Assembly: GCA_965248835.1 (NCBI GenBank)
Contig: CBDFLJ010000002.1
Location: 2,112,001-2,176,000 of the forward strand
Length of the DNA: 64,000 nt
Source: Alphaproteobacteria bacterium
GTDB lineage: Bacteria; Pseudomonadota; Alphaproteobacteria; MPNO01
Direction of reading: 5' to 3'
The position numbers and the translations under genes were made by a program. Of this stretch, positions 39,017 to 50,203 are shown piece after piece. Under the pieces are notes generated by a model, which did not search any database, was not told the origin of the DNA, and saw only the letters and a list, made by a program, of their open reading frames with translations. Position 1 is the first letter of the stretch. Every line of letters begins with the position of its first letter.

Positions 39017-39940
39017 TCAGCCGCAGCGGGCACCGGGCCCGACCCCCGCTTCGTCGGCGAATGCCGCGGCGGCCAGCTTGGCACCGCCTTCGCCGCGGGC
39101 GCGGCCGAGCCGGACCTGGCCGTCGGCGGCGGCGACAACCATCCCGTCGTCCTCGATCGCGACGATCTCGCCGGGAACGCCGCCGGTCCGCCCGGTCTTG
39201 CGCGAGTCGAAGAGCTGGACCTCCTTGCCGCCGATCGTGGTCCAGGCCCCGGGCGAGGGGTCGGCGCCGCGGATCAGGTTGTGGACCTCAGCCACCGGCC
39301 TGGACCAGTCGATCTCCACATCGGCCTTGCGGCACCAGCTCTCATAGGTCTTTTGGCTCTCGTCCTGGACGATCCTGGGCGCGGTGCCGGCGCGGACCAT
39401 GTCGATGCTTTCGATCATCGCCTCAACGCCGAGCGGGAACAGCTTGTCGAAATAGACTGTCCCCAAAGTGTCGTTCTCGCCGACCTCGACCTCCTTCTGC
39501 ATCAGGATCGGCCCGGTATCCAGGCCGTTGTCGGGCCAGAAGATCGACAGCCCGGTCTTCGTCGCGCCCTGGATGATCGGCCAGTTGATCGAACTCGGCC
39601 CGCGGTGGCGCGGCAGCAGCGAGGGGTGGTATTGGATGGTCCCCCTGGTGGGGATGTAGAGAAAGTCCTCGGGCACCAGCAGGGTGACGAACGCCATCAC
39701 CCCCAGATCAGGCTTCATCTCTCGGAATTGCTGCCATACCGCGGGCTCCTTGTAGGACGACGGCTGCAACAGCGGGATATCGCGCTCCAGCGCAGCTTCC
39801 TTGAGCGGGTCGGGGCGGGCGCCTTGCCTGTCCGGTGCGCAATAGACGGCGATCACGGTCTCACCGCGCTCCAGCAACGCCTCAAGAACCGCCTTGCCGA
39901 AGGCCTGCTGCCCGATCAAAGCGATATGCATGTCCGCCAT
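39017..39940 (-). CDS. formyltransferase-family protein (Fmt-like; resembles the hydrolase domain of 10-formyl-THF dehydrogenase)
   Basis: IALIGQQAFG, QYHPSLLPRHRGPSSINW, IFWPDNGLDTGPIL, IDWS, NLIRGADPSPGAW. Confidence 0.85.
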   Translation of the reverse strand: MADMHIALIGQQAFGKAVLEALLERGETVIAVYCAPDRQGARPDPLKEAALERDIPLLQPSSYKEPAVWQQFREMKPDLGVMAFVTLLVPEDFLYIPTRGTIQYHPSLLPRHRGPSSINWPIIQGATKTGLSIFWPDNGLDTGPILMQKEVEVGENDTLGTVYFDKLFPLGVEAMIESIDMVRAGTAPRIVQDESQKTYESWCRKADVEIDWSRPVAEVHNLIRGADPSPGAWTTIGGKEVQLFDSRKTGRTGGVPGEIVAIEDDGMVVAAADGQVRLGRARGEGGAKLAAAAFADEAGVGPGARCG

Positions 39941-40104
39941 GGCCGATTCACCCTCCCCTTCTGAGGATTTGTTCGACCATAGACCAGCACGCGAAGGCTC
40001 GCCATAGCGGGCCTCGCGACACTGAGGGATGCGGCCATCGCGCACCCGCGCGGGCGCGCGTAAGATGGCCTGCAACAAGGCGGAAGAATGCGGAAACGGA
40101 CGGG

Positions 40105-41799
40105 ATGGAAATCGATTACCTGATCGTCGGCGGCGGGTCGGCCGGGTGCGTCCTGGCCGCGCGGCTGTCGGAGAACCCCTCCAACAACGTGCTGCTGCTC
40201 GAAGCCGGGAGAGACTATGCGCCGGGCGGCGAGCCGGCCAACGTGCGCGATACCTTCTTCCGGGCGGCTTACGACCCCGACCATCTGTGGCCGGACACCC
40301 AGGTCTATTGGCAGCCGGTCCCGCACAATGCACCCGAGACCGTGGCCCCGAAGCGCTACGAACAGGCGCGGATCATCGGCGGCGGCTCCAGCGTGAACGC
40401 GATGGTGGCGTTGCGCGGCGTACCCGCGGACTATGACGGCTGGGCGGAGGCCGGCGCCGACGGGTGGCGCTACGACGACGTCTTGCCCTATTTCAAGAAG
40501 CTCGAGCGCGATCTCGACTTCGACGGCGCCTATCACGGCGATGACGGGCCGATCCCGGTGCGCCGGCACAAGCGTGAGGAGTGGCCGCCGTTCACCACCG
40601 CCGTCGCCAAGGTCGCGGCCGAGCGCGGCATGGACTACGTCGCGGACATGAACGGCGCGCCGGCCGACGGGTTCTGCTCGGTGCCGATGAGCAACCTGCC
40701 CGAGCACCGGGTCTCGACGGCGATCGGCTATCTGACCGAGGAGGTCCGCGCACGGCCCAATCTCGAGATTCGCGGCGGGACCGAGGTCGAGTCGATCCGT
40801 CTGGACGGCGGCCGCGCGGTCGGCGTGGACGTCCGGCGGCCGCACGGAATTGATGTCGTGACGGCGGCCAACACGATCCTGTCCGCCGGCGCCTTCCGGT
40901 CGCCGATGCTGCTGTTGCGCTCGGGGATCGGGCCGGCGGCGGAGATCGCGGCCCACGGTATCGAACGCCGCGCCGATTCGCCCGGCGTCGGGCGCAACCT
41001 CCACGACCATCCGGTGGTGGTGGTGGCCGCCCTGCTCAAGCGCTCCGCGGTGCAGCCGGCCGGGCTGCGGCCGGCCGCGAACATGGCCCTTCGCCAGTCC
41101 AGCTTGATCGGCGATGCGCCGCGGCACGACGTCCAGATGGGGGTCAACAACAAGATCTCCTGGCACGCGCTGGGCCGCCGGCTGGGCGGCATCGTGTGCA
41201 GCCTCTACAAGCCCTATTCGCGCGGCGCGGTGAGCCTCGATCCGGACGATGCGCTGCGGGCGCCGGTGATCCGGGCCAACTTGCTGTCCGATCCGCGCGA
41301 CATGGAGCGGATGGTCTGGGCGGTCCGGCTGGCCGCCGGAATTGCCACCGACCCCGGGATGACCTCGTGCGTCGATGCGGTCTTCCCGGCCTATTTCTCC
41401 GAACGGGTGCGCGGCTTCAACCGCGAGACGCTGGCCAACCGGATCAAGTCGCGGATAATGGTGCTGGCGCTCGACGGCCCGCCGGCGCTGCGCAACCACC
41501 TGGTGCGCACGGCGCTGAGCGAGGGCGTGGACATCGCCGCGCTGGCAAGCGACAACGAAGCCATCGAGAGCTGGATCCGCGGCCATGCGACCGGCTTCTA
41601 CCACCCCGTGGGAACCTGCCGGATGGGCGCCCGCGATGACGCCGAGGCTGTCGTCGATCCGGCGGGCCGAGTCTACGGTGTCGAAAGCCTCAGGGTGTGC
41701 GATGCCTCGATCATGCCCTGGATCACCAGCTGCAACACCAACATCCCCACCATCATGATCGCCGAGAAGATCGCCCAGTCGATCCGCGACGGCAATTAG
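40105..41799 (+). CDS. GMC family oxidoreductase
   Basis: DYLIVGGGSAGCVLAARLSE, GGGSSVN, GVGRNLHDH, HPVGTCRMG, NTNIPTIMIAEK. Confidence 0.95.
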   Translation: MEIDYLIVGGGSAGCVLAARLSENPSNNVLLLEAGRDYAPGGEPANVRDTFFRAAYDPDHLWPDTQVYWQPVPHNAPETVAPKRYEQARIIGGGSSVNAMVALRGVPADYDGWAEAGADGWRYDDVLPYFKKLERDLDFDGAYHGDDGPIPVRRHKREEWPPFTTAVAKVAAERGMDYVADMNGAPADGFCSVPMSNLPEHRVSTAIGYLTEEVRARPNLEIRGGTEVESIRLDGGRAVGVDVRRPHGIDVVTAANTILSAGAFRSPMLLLRSGIGPAAEIAAHGIERRADSPGVGRNLHDHPVVVVAALLKRSAVQPAGLRPAANMALRQSSLIGDAPRHDVQMGVNNKISWHALGRRLGGIVCSLYKPYSRGAVSLDPDDALRAPVIRANLLSDPRDMERMVWAVRLAAGIATDPGMTSCVDAVFPAYFSERVRGFNRETLANRIKSRIMVLALDGPPALRNHLVRTALSEGVDIAALASDNEAIESWIRGHATGFYHPVGTCRMGARDDAEAVVDPAGRVYGVESLRVCDASIMPWITSCNTNIPTIMIAEKIAQSIRDGN

Positions 41800-41901
41800 G
41801 CGACGGCTGCACCGGCCGGTCCGGGGCAACCATCGTTCATTGGACCTTGCGGGGCTGCACCGCCACAATGCCGGGACAACAGCCGGACAGGGGGAGCACG
41901 C

Positions 41902-42900
41902 ATGCGTCTTGATGTCTTCAACCACGTCTTTCCATCCGTGTTCATCGACACCCTGGAAGCGACGATGCCCAAGAAGGCGGTCGCCCGGTGGCGCTCGATC
42001 GCCACGCTGCACGACATGGACGCCCGCAAGCGGCTGCTCGATGAATTCGGCGACTACCAGCAGATCATCTCCATGTCCCAGCCGCCGATCGACGTGCTCG
42101 GCGGGCCGGACGAGACTCCGGCGCTTGCCAGGATCGCCAATAACGGCATGGCCGCGATCTGCAAAGCCGACCCCGACCGGTTCCCGTCGTTCCTCGCCAG
42201 CCCGCCGATGAACAACCCCGATGCAGCCGTCCTGGAGGTCGACCGTGCGGTGGGCGAGCTCGGCGCCTGCGGCCTGCAAGTCCATTCCAACGTCAACGGC
42301 CGCGCGCTCGACGACCCGGCCTTCTTCCCGGTCTTCGAGCGCATGGCCCAGCTCGACCGCCCGATCTTCCTCCACCCGGCCCGGCCGATGTCGCACGCCG
42401 ACTACCAGGCCGAGGACGAATCCATGTACGAGATCTTCTGGGGGCTCGGCTGGGCTTACGAGACCTCCGCGGCGATGGCCCGCATCGTCTTCTCGGGCAT
42501 GTTCGACAAGCTGCCGACTCTGAAGATCGTCGCCCACCATTGGGGCGCCTACATCCCGCACGCCGGCGGCCGGATCACGCCGCATTGGGATCACCGGTCG
42601 TCCCAGTCCGACATCACCAGCTACGGTCCGCTCAAGGACGCCCTCAAACGGCCGGCGATCGACTACTTCAAGATGTTTTACGTCGATACCGCCATGTTCG
42701 GCGCCAAAGAGGCGAGCCAGTGCGGGCTCGACTTCTTCGGCGCCGGCCAGTCGCTGTTCGCATCCGACTGCCCGTTCGACATGGAGGGCGGGCGCATGCT
42801 GATCCGCGACACGATCGACGTCGTGGACACGCTTCGCTGCACCGAGTCCGAGCGGGCCGACATGTATCTCAACAACGCGCAGAAGCTGCTGCGGCTGTGA
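41902..42900 (+). CDS. amidohydrolase-2 family protein (ACMSD/decarboxylase-like)
   Basis: DVFNH, PIFLHP, GWAYET, AHHWG, FYVDTA, FASDCPF. Confidence 0.88.
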   Translation: MRLDVFNHVFPSVFIDTLEATMPKKAVARWRSIATLHDMDARKRLLDEFGDYQQIISMSQPPIDVLGGPDETPALARIANNGMAAICKADPDRFPSFLASPPMNNPDAAVLEVDRAVGELGACGLQVHSNVNGRALDDPAFFPVFERMAQLDRPIFLHPARPMSHADYQAEDESMYEIFWGLGWAYETSAAMARIVFSGMFDKLPTLKIVAHHWGAYIPHAGGRITPHWDHRSSQSDITSYGPLKDALKRPAIDYFKMFYVDTAMFGAKEASQCGLDFFGAGQSLFASDCPFDMEGGRMLIRDTIDVVDTLRCTESERADMYLNNAQKLLRL

Positions 42901-44147
42901 TGGCCGAGCCGCGCGATGTGACGATCATCGGTGCCGGAATCATCGGGCTGGCGAGCGCGCTTGCGCTCCAGCGCGACGGCCACCGGGTGAAGCTGATCGA
43001 CCGGCTGCCGCCCGGCGAGGGCACCTCCTACGGCAATGCCGGCATGATCCAGGTCGATGCCTGCGTGCCGATCGCGACCCCGGGCATCTTGCGCCAGGTG
43101 CCTTCCATGCTGCTCGACCCGGAGGGCCCGCTGGTGATCCGCTGGCGTTATCTGGCCCGCCTCGCGCCGTGGCTGCTGCGTTTCATCGCGGCCTCGCGGC
43201 CCGGCCGGGTCGAGGAGATCTCCTTCGCATTGGCGTCGTTGCTGGACCGCGCCTGGGACGCCTACCGGCCGCTGATCGCGGCTTGCGGCGGCGATGACCT
43301 GTTCCGCCCGACGGGCGAACTCTATGTCTACCGCCGGATCGATGCCTACGAGGACGCCCGGGCGGGTCATGACCTCAGGCGGCGGCGCGGCGTGAGGCTG
43401 GAGGAGCTCGGCCCCTCGGAGCTGCGCCAGCTCGAGCCCGCCCTGGCGAAGGATATTGTCCGGGGCGTCTTCTCGCCCGACTGCCACGTGCTCGCCGATC
43501 CGCTCGCCCTGTCACAGCGCTTCGCCGCGGAGATCCGGCGCAACGGCGGCACGTTCCTGCGCGAAAGCGTCAGCGACATCGAGCCCGGACCGGACGGCCC
43601 CGCCGCTGTGGTCACCGATCAGGGCCGGCACGCGGTGGACCGGCTGGTGCTCGCCGCGGGCGCGTTCTCGAAGCGCCTGGCGGCCCGGCTCGGCGCCCGG
43701 CTGCCGCTCGATACCGAACGGGGCTATCACCTGATGCTGCCCAGGCCCGGCGTGGATCTGCGCGTTCCACTGCTGGTCGGCGATCACCGGTTCGGCATCA
43801 TCCCGATGGCGCACGGCATCAGGCTCGCGGGCACGGCCGAGCTCGGCGGCATCGCGGCGCCAGCCAACTATCGGCGCTCGCAGATGCTGGGGCCGATGGC
43901 CCGCAGGATCGTGCCCGACCTCAACATCGAGGACGGTGCGCAGTGGATGGGCTACCGCCCCTCGATGCCCGACAGCCTGCCGGTGATCGGCACGGTGCCG
44001 GGGAGCGACCGCTGCGTGCTCGCCTTCGGCCACGGCCATCTCGGCCTGACCATGGGCGCGGTCACCGGCAGCCTGGTCGCCGACCTGGTCGCGGGCCGCG
44101 AGGCGCCCATCGACATGACCCCCTACCGACCCGAGCGCTTTTCCTGA
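42900..44147 (+). CDS. FAD-dependent oxidoreductase (D-amino acid dehydrogenase family)
   Basis: IIGAGIIG, TSYGNAG, ERGYH, WMGYRPSMPDSLPVIG, GHGHLGLT. Confidence 0.92.
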   Translation: MAEPRDVTIIGAGIIGLASALALQRDGHRVKLIDRLPPGEGTSYGNAGMIQVDACVPIATPGILRQVPSMLLDPEGPLVIRWRYLARLAPWLLRFIAASRPGRVEEISFALASLLDRAWDAYRPLIAACGGDDLFRPTGELYVYRRIDAYEDARAGHDLRRRRGVRLEELGPSELRQLEPALAKDIVRGVFSPDCHVLADPLALSQRFAAEIRRNGGTFLRESVSDIEPGPDGPAAVVTDQGRHAVDRLVLAAGAFSKRLAARLGARLPLDTERGYHLMLPRPGVDLRVPLLVGDHRFGIIPMAHGIRLAGTAELGGIAAPANYRRSQMLGPMARRIVPDLNIEDGAQWMGYRPSMPDSLPVIGTVPGSDRCVLAFGHGHLGLTMGAVTGSLVADLVAGREAPIDMTPYRPERFS

Positions 44148-45439
44148 TCGAACAGGTCGTCGAGCTCACGATGGTCAGGCAGCGTCGTGTCGATCGGCTT
44201 GCCGGCGCGCAGCACCACCCGGTTTGACTGCGGGCGGACCAGGAGCTCGCTAAACCACCGGGCGCGGAACAGGACCAGGTCGGCAGGCAGGCCGACGGCG
44301 ATCCGGCCGCGCTCGGCAAGACCCATGGTCGATGCCGGCGTGCGGGTGACCGCCGCCGGCCAGGGGCCGATCGGGTGGTCCAGATGGGCGATCCGCACCG
44401 CCTGGGTGAACACTTCCAGCCCGTCGAGGTCGCCGTAGGCGAAGAAGGGATCGCGCGTGTTGTCGCTTGCGATCGACACCGGGATGCCGCGGCCGGCCAT
44501 CTCGTGCACCAGGGTGACACCGCGCCAGCGGGGGGTCCGGGCCCGGCCGCGGTCCTGCAGGTACATGTTGCACATCGGCAGGCTGACCACGTGCAAGCCC
44601 GCTTCCGCCACCAGGTCGAGCGCGCGGTCGATCTCCGCCTCGGGGCGTTGCGCCAAACTGCAGCAATGGCCGACGGTGACGTTGCCCTCGAAGCGGTTGC
44701 GCATCTTCGCCTCGGCCACCCGGTCGAGCGCGCGGGCCGTCGGATCGTTGGTCTCATCGACATGGAAGTCCATGTCGAGACCACGCTCGGCGGCCGCGCG
44801 AAAGAGGCTGTCGAAAATCTCCTCCTGGCCCTCCTGGATCGAAGCGACGCAGCCGAGCAGCCCGACGTGGGCGGCCGTGCTGTCGGCCACCGCCCGCATC
44901 ACGTCCGCGTCCCGGTAATAGTCGAAATGGACCAGCGAGACCGCCTGGAGGTCGATCCGCCCGGCCCAGTCCGATCGCAGTTCGGAGAACACCGGCCAGG
45001 AGATCTCGTTCTGCGGCGGCAGCGAATCGATATGCGTGCGGATTGCCGCCGTGCCGTGCGCGAAACCGCAGCGCAGCGCGAAATCGAAGCGCCGGCGCAC
45101 GTCCTCAGCCGACCAGTTGGCCGCCCGGTCGCGGGCGACCGTGCCGACCGCATCCGACCATGACCCCTTGGGATCGGCCAGGCGCGGCCAGATGTGGGCC
45201 TTGTCGAGATGGGTGTGCAAATCGACGAAGCAGGGCCAGACCTGCCCGCCGTCGAGGTCGATCCCCGCCCCGCCTTCCCCGGCCGGCGCGACGGAGGCGA
45301 TCCGTCCATCCTCGACCGTGATGTCGAGACAGGCCAGCTCGTCCTTGCCCGCCGCCGCCCCGTCGAGCAGGCAGGTCGGCACGTTCGCGTTGCGCAGGGT
45401 GTAGCGCCGCGCTTCCGGAATCTCCACGAAGCCCGTCAT
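44123..45439 (-). CDS. codA: cytosine deaminase family protein
   Basis: FVDLHTHLDK, HGT.AIRTH.D, DFHVDE, GHCCSL, SLPMCNMYLQ, SDNTRDPF. Confidence 0.88.
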   Translation of the reverse strand: MTGFVEIPEARRYTLRNANVPTCLLDGAAAGKDELACLDITVEDGRIASVAPAGEGGAGIDLDGGQVWPCFVDLHTHLDKAHIWPRLADPKGSWSDAVGTVARDRAANWSAEDVRRRFDFALRCGFAHGTAAIRTHIDSLPPQNEISWPVFSELRSDWAGRIDLQAVSLVHFDYYRDADVMRAVADSTAAHVGLLGCVASIQEGQEEIFDSLFRAAAERGLDMDFHVDETNDPTARALDRVAEAKMRNRFEGNVTVGHCCSLAQRPEAEIDRALDLVAEAGLHVVSLPMCNMYLQDRGRARTPRWRGVTLVHEMAGRGIPVSIASDNTRDPFFAYGDLDGLEVFTQAVRIAHLDHPIGPWPAAVTRTPASTMGLAERGRIAVGLPADLVLFRARWFSELLVRPQSNRVVLRAGKPIDTTLPDHRELDDLFDQEKRSGR

Positions 45440-46173
45440 GCGAAGCTCGCCCCGCCGTTGACGTTGATGATCTCGCCGGTGATGTACTTGGCCTGGTCCG
45501 AGATCAGAAAGCGCGCCGCATCGGCGATGTCATCGACATGGCCCGCACGGCCGATCACCGATCGAGAACGCACGTTGGCCCACGCCTGCTCGGTGTAATC
45601 CGCCGTCATCGGCGTCTCGGTCGAGCCGGGCGCGATCGCGTTCACCCGGATGCCGCTGGGGCCGAGCGAGCGAGCATAGGACCGTGTGAGGGCGATGATC
45701 GCGGCCTTGGAGCTCGCATAGGCCGGACCGCCGCGGCCCTCCCCGCCGACCCCGCCGGCATGGACGATGCTGGAGCCGGTGAACACGATCACCCCCTTGC
45801 CGGCCTCGATCATCGGCCGGGCTGCGGCTTGGGCCATCAGGAACGAGCCGGTGACATTGACCGCCAGCACGCGGTTGAACTCATCGGCGGAAACCTCGTC
45901 CCACCGCTTTGTCGAATGGATCGCCGCGAAGTGGACCAGCGCGTCCAGCCCGCCCAGCCGCGACAAGGCTTCGTCGACGGCGGCCTCGCAGTCCTCCGAC
46001 CTGGCAACGTCGCAGGCCTTGAACGACAGCGCGTTGCCGGCGCCGGGATGGGCGGCCGAGAGCGCGTCCTCGCTGAGATCGACCGCCAGCACTTGGTCGC
46101 CGTCCGCGGCCATGTTGCGCGCGCACGCAAGACCGATCCCGCTCGCGGCTCCGGTCACGATCACCCTGGCCAT
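45436..46173 (-). CDS. short-chain dehydrogenase/reductase
   Basis: TGAASGIG, YASSK, IRVNAIAPG, ITGEIINVNGG. Confidence 0.93.
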   Translation of the reverse strand: MARVIVTGAASGIGLACARNMAADGDQVLAVDLSEDALSAAHPGAGNALSFKACDVARSEDCEAAVDEALSRLGGLDALVHFAAIHSTKRWDEVSADEFNRVLAVNVTGSFLMAQAAARPMIEAGKGVIVFTGSSIVHAGGVGGEGRGGPAYASSKAAIIALTRSYARSLGPSGIRVNAIAPGSTETPMTADYTEQAWANVRSRSVIGRAGHVDDIADAARFLISDQAKYITGEIINVNGGASFA

Positions 46174-46368
46174 GTTCCCTCTCCCGTTTTGCCGCCATCA
46201 GGGCCAGTCTATCGGAACCGCGACCGGAAGCGAGAGCCGCTCAAGCGGCCTCCGCAGCGAGCGGCAAGCAGCAAGCGAGCGCCTGCGCCGGTCCCGTCAT
46301 TCCGCCATGTCGATCCTCCCTGCCCCGCTATCCTCCGCTATAGTGGACGCAACAGCGGGGAGCGAACC

Positions 46369-47568
46369 ATGGATTTCGAGCTCAGCCGTGAGCAGCGCGA
46401 TCTCAAGGAGCGGGCGCGGGCGCTCGCCCAGGAAACCATCGCCGCCCGCGCCGCGGAGATCGACGAGAGCCGCGACTATCCCTGGGACAATGTCGAGGCG
46501 CTGCGCGCGGCCGGGTTCATGGGCATGACCGTGCCCAAAGACTACGGCGGGCCCGGGCTCGGCTACCTCGACGCGGCCCTGGTGATCGAGGAGATAGCCA
46601 AGGCCTGCGCGGTGACCGGACGGATCGTGGTCGAGGCCAACATGGGCGCGATCTCGACCGTCTTGGCTTATGGCACCGAGGACCAGAAGCGGCAGTGGGC
46701 CCGAGGAGTCCTGGGCGGCGACAAGCCGGCGATCTGCATCACCGAGCCGGAAGCGGGAAGCGCGGCCTCCGAGATGAAGATGCGCGCCGACCGCCGCGGC
46801 GATGCCTATGTGCTCAATGGTATGAAGCATTGGATCACCGGCGGCGGCGTCTCGCGGCTGCACCTGATCTTCGCCCGGATGTTCGACGAACGCGGCACGG
46901 AGCAAGGCATCGCCGGCTTCATCGCCGTCCGGGACGAGACGCCCGGCCTGATGATCGGTGCGCGCGAAAAAACGATGGGCCTGCGCGGCATCCCGGAGGC
47001 CGAGATCCATTGCCGCGACATGACCGTGCCCGCAACCGCCATGGTTGTGCCGCCGCGCGGTCCGGGCAAGGGCTTCGCCGATCTGATGAACGCCTATAAC
47101 AGCCAACGCGTGGGTGCAGCCACGGTCGCGCTCGGGGTCGCCGCCGGCGCCTACGAGCACGCGCTCGCCTACGCCCGGACCCGCGAGCAGTTCGGCCGGC
47201 CGATCTGCGAGTTCCAGGGGCTGCAATGGATGCTGGCCGACATGTCGATCCAGATCGAAGCGGCGCGGACCATGATCCATCGCGCCGCTGCCAGCGCCGG
47301 GGAGGGCTTCCCCGACGCTCTGCTCGCCGCCCAGGCCAAGGTGCTTACCTCCGAGATGGCGATCAAGGTGACCAACGACGCGCTCCAAATCTTCGGCGCA
47401 GCCGGATATTCCCAGTCCCGCCCGCTGGAGCGCATGGTGCGCGATGCAAGGATGTTCGCGATCGGCGGCGGCACCGCCCAGATCCTGCGCACCGTGATCG
47501 CCGGCCGGCTTCTGCAGCGCCGGCTGCCGCAGACCCGTGACGGCTACGCGCGCCTGGCTGCGGAATAG
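46369..47568 (+). CDS. acyl-CoA dehydrogenase family, probable 3-sulfinopropanoyl-CoA desulfinase
   Basis: [48 protein letters not shown] as recalled from the Advenella desulfinase Acd. Confidence 0.8.
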   Translation: MDFELSREQRDLKERARALAQETIAARAAEIDESRDYPWDNVEALRAAGFMGMTVPKDYGGPGLGYLDAALVIEEIAKACAVTGRIVVEANMGAISTVLAYGTEDQKRQWARGVLGGDKPAICITEPEAGSAASEMKMRADRRGDAYVLNGMKHWITGGGVSRLHLIFARMFDERGTEQGIAGFIAVRDETPGLMIGAREKTMGLRGIPEAEIHCRDMTVPATAMVVPPRGPGKGFADLMNAYNSQRVGAATVALGVAAGAYEHALAYARTREQFGRPICEFQGLQWMLADMSIQIEAARTMIHRAAASAGEGFPDALLAAQAKVLTSEMAIKVTNDALQIFGAAGYSQSRPLERMVRDARMFAIGGGTAQILRTVIAGRLLQRRLPQTRDGYARLAAE

Positions 47569-47577
47569 GCCCACGCG

Positions 47578-47745
47578 GTGGCGGCAAAGGACGACAAGGG
47601 CAACCAAGCGGACAAGACGGCGGCGCGGCGCGCGCGCGAGGCCGCGGCGCTTCGCGAGAACCTCAAGCGGCGCAAGGCCCAGAGCCGCGCCCGGGCAGAA
47701 CCGACGACCGAGCCGCCTCGCGATCGCCGCCGCGACGACCGTTAG
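47578..47745 (+). CDS. small basic hypothetical protein (55 aa) of the type found upstream of murA in alphaproteobacteria
   Basis: GTG start; ...[18 protein letters not shown]...; below the ORF-track size cut-off. Confidence 0.65.
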   Translation: MAAKDDKGNQADKTAARRAREAAALRENLKRRKAQSRARAEPTTEPPRDRRRDDR

Positions 47746-47825
47746 GCTGCCATTCCCGGCTTTGGCCTCGGGGCTTGATGGTATATCAAGCGCCCGACGA
47801 TGCGTTGATCCCCTGGACGACCCCC

Positions 47826-49097
47826 ATGGACACGATCAAGCTCCGCGGCGGCGAGAGGCTGCGCGGCCGTATTCCGATCGCCGGCGCCAAGAACGCAGCC
47901 TTGCCGCTGATGGCCGCGAGCCTGTTGAGCGACGAGACGCTGCGGTTGGATAACCTGCCCGGCGTGCACGACATCCGGACCATGGTCCGGCTGCTGGAGA
48001 CGCTCGGCGTGCGCATCGAGGACGGGCCGGGCGCGGATACCGTCTCGTTCAACGCGGCGGGCGTGAACGACACCACCGCGCCATACGAGCTTGTGCGCCG
48101 CATGCGGGCGTCCGTGCTGGTGCTCGCGCCGCTCCTCGCCCGGTTCGGCCGCGCGCGGGTCTCGCTGCCGGGCGGGTGCGCGATCGGCAGCCGGCCGATC
48201 GATCTCCACCTGAATGCACTGCGCCAGATGGGCGCAGCGATCGACCTTCAGGACGGCTACGTCGATGCCCGCGCTCCCAACAGGCTTCAAGGCGCGGACA
48301 TCACCTTTCCGTTCGTCTCGGTGGGCGCCAGCGAGAACCTGCTGATGGCCGCATGCCTGGCGCGCGGCGAAACGGTGCTGCGCAATGTCGCGCGCGAGCC
48401 CGAGGTCGGCGATCTTGCCGCCTGCCTGTCCACCATGGGCGCCGGGATCGCGGGCATCGGGACCGACACGTTGCGGATCCAGGGCAGCGAAAGCTTGAAA
48501 GGCGGATCCCACCGGGTGATTTCGGATCGGATAGAATCGGGCACCTATGCGATCGCGGCCGCAATGACCGGCGGCGACGTCATGCTGACCGGCGCCCGGC
48601 CGGACACGATGCGCGCCCTCCTGGATACGCTGCTCGCGGCGGGCATCGGCATCGCGGAGACCGACCGCGGCATTCATATCCAGGCCGCGGACAGCAGGCC
48701 CGGTGCGATCGATCTTTTCACCCAGCCCTATCCCGGGTTCCCGACCGATCTCCAGGCGCAGATCATGTCGCTGGCGGCCGTCGCCGACGGCGCCTCTCGG
48801 GTCACCGAGACGATCTTCGAGAACCGGTTCATGCATGTGCCGGAACTCGTCCGCATGGGTGCGGACATCAAGGTCCGCGGCGCGACCGCGCTGATCCGCG
48901 GGGTGGACCGGCTCAAGGGAGCCGCCGTGATGGCGACCGACCTCCGGGCCTCGGTCTCGCTGATCCTGGCGGGGCTGGTCGCCGAGGGCGAGACCGTGGT
49001 CCACCGGGTCTACCATCTGGACAGAGGATACGAGAAGATCGAGAACAAGCTCGCGGCCTGCGGGGCCGGGATCGAACGGATTTCCGAAGCAAGATGA
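47826..49097 (+). CDS. murA: UDP-N-acetylglucosamine 1-carboxyvinyltransferase
   Basis: [55 protein letters not shown]. Confidence 0.98.
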   Translation: MDTIKLRGGERLRGRIPIAGAKNAALPLMAASLLSDETLRLDNLPGVHDIRTMVRLLETLGVRIEDGPGADTVSFNAAGVNDTTAPYELVRRMRASVLVLAPLLARFGRARVSLPGGCAIGSRPIDLHLNALRQMGAAIDLQDGYVDARAPNRLQGADITFPFVSVGASENLLMAACLARGETVLRNVAREPEVGDLAACLSTMGAGIAGIGTDTLRIQGSESLKGGSHRVISDRIESGTYAIAAAMTGGDVMLTGARPDTMRALLDTLLAAGIGIAETDRGIHIQAADSRPGAIDLFTQPYPGFPTDLQAQIMSLAAVADGASRVTETIFENRFMHVPELVRMGADIKVRGATALIRGVDRLKGAAVMATDLRASVSLILAGLVAEGETVVHRVYHLDRGYEKIENKLAACGAGIERISEAR

Positions 49098-49525
49098 GCG
49101 CGCCGCTGAAACTCTCCGCCAGGGACGAGGAAGACCTCGCAATCATCTCCTCATGCCTGCAGGACGCGATCGTGCCGGTCGTCGAGATGACATTCCTGCC
49201 CGATGAGCAATCTTTCCTCTTCATCGCCAGCCGGTTCGGCTGGGAGGGCACGGAAGGCGATATGGCCGGGCGCAAGGTCTACGAGCGCATAAACTGCGCG
49301 GTTCGGTTCAACGGCGTCGCCTCGGTCAAGCGCCGCGACATCGACCAGACCGGCCGGGACGCGATCCTGTCTTTGCTCGCCATTCGGCCCAACCGGGAGT
49401 ATATCGACCTGATTTTTTCGGGCGGCGGCATGATCCGGCTGGCGGCCGGCGCGATCGATTGTCGATTGGACGACCTCGATCATCGCTGGCCGACCCGCTG
49501 GAGGCCGAGCCACGATCAGGGTTGA
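49094..49525 (+). CDS. DUF2948 family protein
   Basis: [33 protein letters not shown]; conserved position between murA and his genes. Confidence 0.85.
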   Translation: MSAPLKLSARDEEDLAIISSCLQDAIVPVVEMTFLPDEQSFLFIASRFGWEGTEGDMAGRKVYERINCAVRFNGVASVKRRDIDQTGRDAILSLLAIRPNREYIDLIFSGGGMIRLAAGAIDCRLDDLDHRWPTRWRPSHDQG

Positions 49526-49531
49526 GCGGGC

Positions 49532-50203
49532 ATGCCGGATCAGGATGCGAACGACAGGCTGGTGATCGCCGTGCCGCGCGGCCGGATCCTGGACGAGCTC
49601 AAGCCGCTTCTCGACCTGATCGGGATCGAGCCCGAGCCGGCCTTCGCGCGCGAGGACTCCCGGCAGCTCGGGTTCACCACCAATATCGACGGCGTGATGA
49701 TCATCCGCGTGCGCAGCTTCGACGTCGCGACCTTCGTCGCCTTCGGTGCCGCCCACCTGGGGGTCGCCGGCAACGACGTGCTGATGGAATTCGACTACCC
49801 GGAGCTCTACGCACCGCTCGACCTCGGTATCGGGCGCTGCAGGATGGCGGTCGCCGCCACCGCCGAACTGCTGGCCGCCGAAGACCCGGCGCGGTGGAGC
49901 CACGTCCGCGTGGCGACCAAGTATCCGGCGATCACGCGGCGCCATTTCGCCGGGCGCGGCGTGCAGGCCGAATGCATCAAGCTCAACGGAGCCCTGGAGC
50001 TTGCCCCCCGGCTCGGCCTGTGCCGGCGCATCGTCGACCTGGTTTCGACCGGCGACACGCTGCGCGCCAACGGGCTGATCGAAGTCGAGACGATCGCCGA
50101 GATCAGCTCGCGGCTGGCGGTCAACCGCGCCGCCCTCAAGACCCGGCCGGAGGAGATCGGCGGCTGGATCGAGCGGTTCCGGGACGCGGTCGATGCCGCT
50201 TAG
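49532..50203 (+). CDS. hisG: ATP phosphoribosyltransferase (short form)
   Basis: [54 protein letters not shown]. Confidence 0.96.
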   Translation: MPDQDANDRLVIAVPRGRILDELKPLLDLIGIEPEPAFAREDSRQLGFTTNIDGVMIIRVRSFDVATFVAFGAAHLGVAGNDVLMEFDYPELYAPLDLGIGRCRMAVAATAELLAAEDPARWSHVRVATKYPAITRRHFAGRGVQAECIKLNGALELAPRLGLCRRIVDLVSTGDTLRANGLIEVETIAEISSRLAVNRAALKTRPEEIGGWIERFRDAVDAA

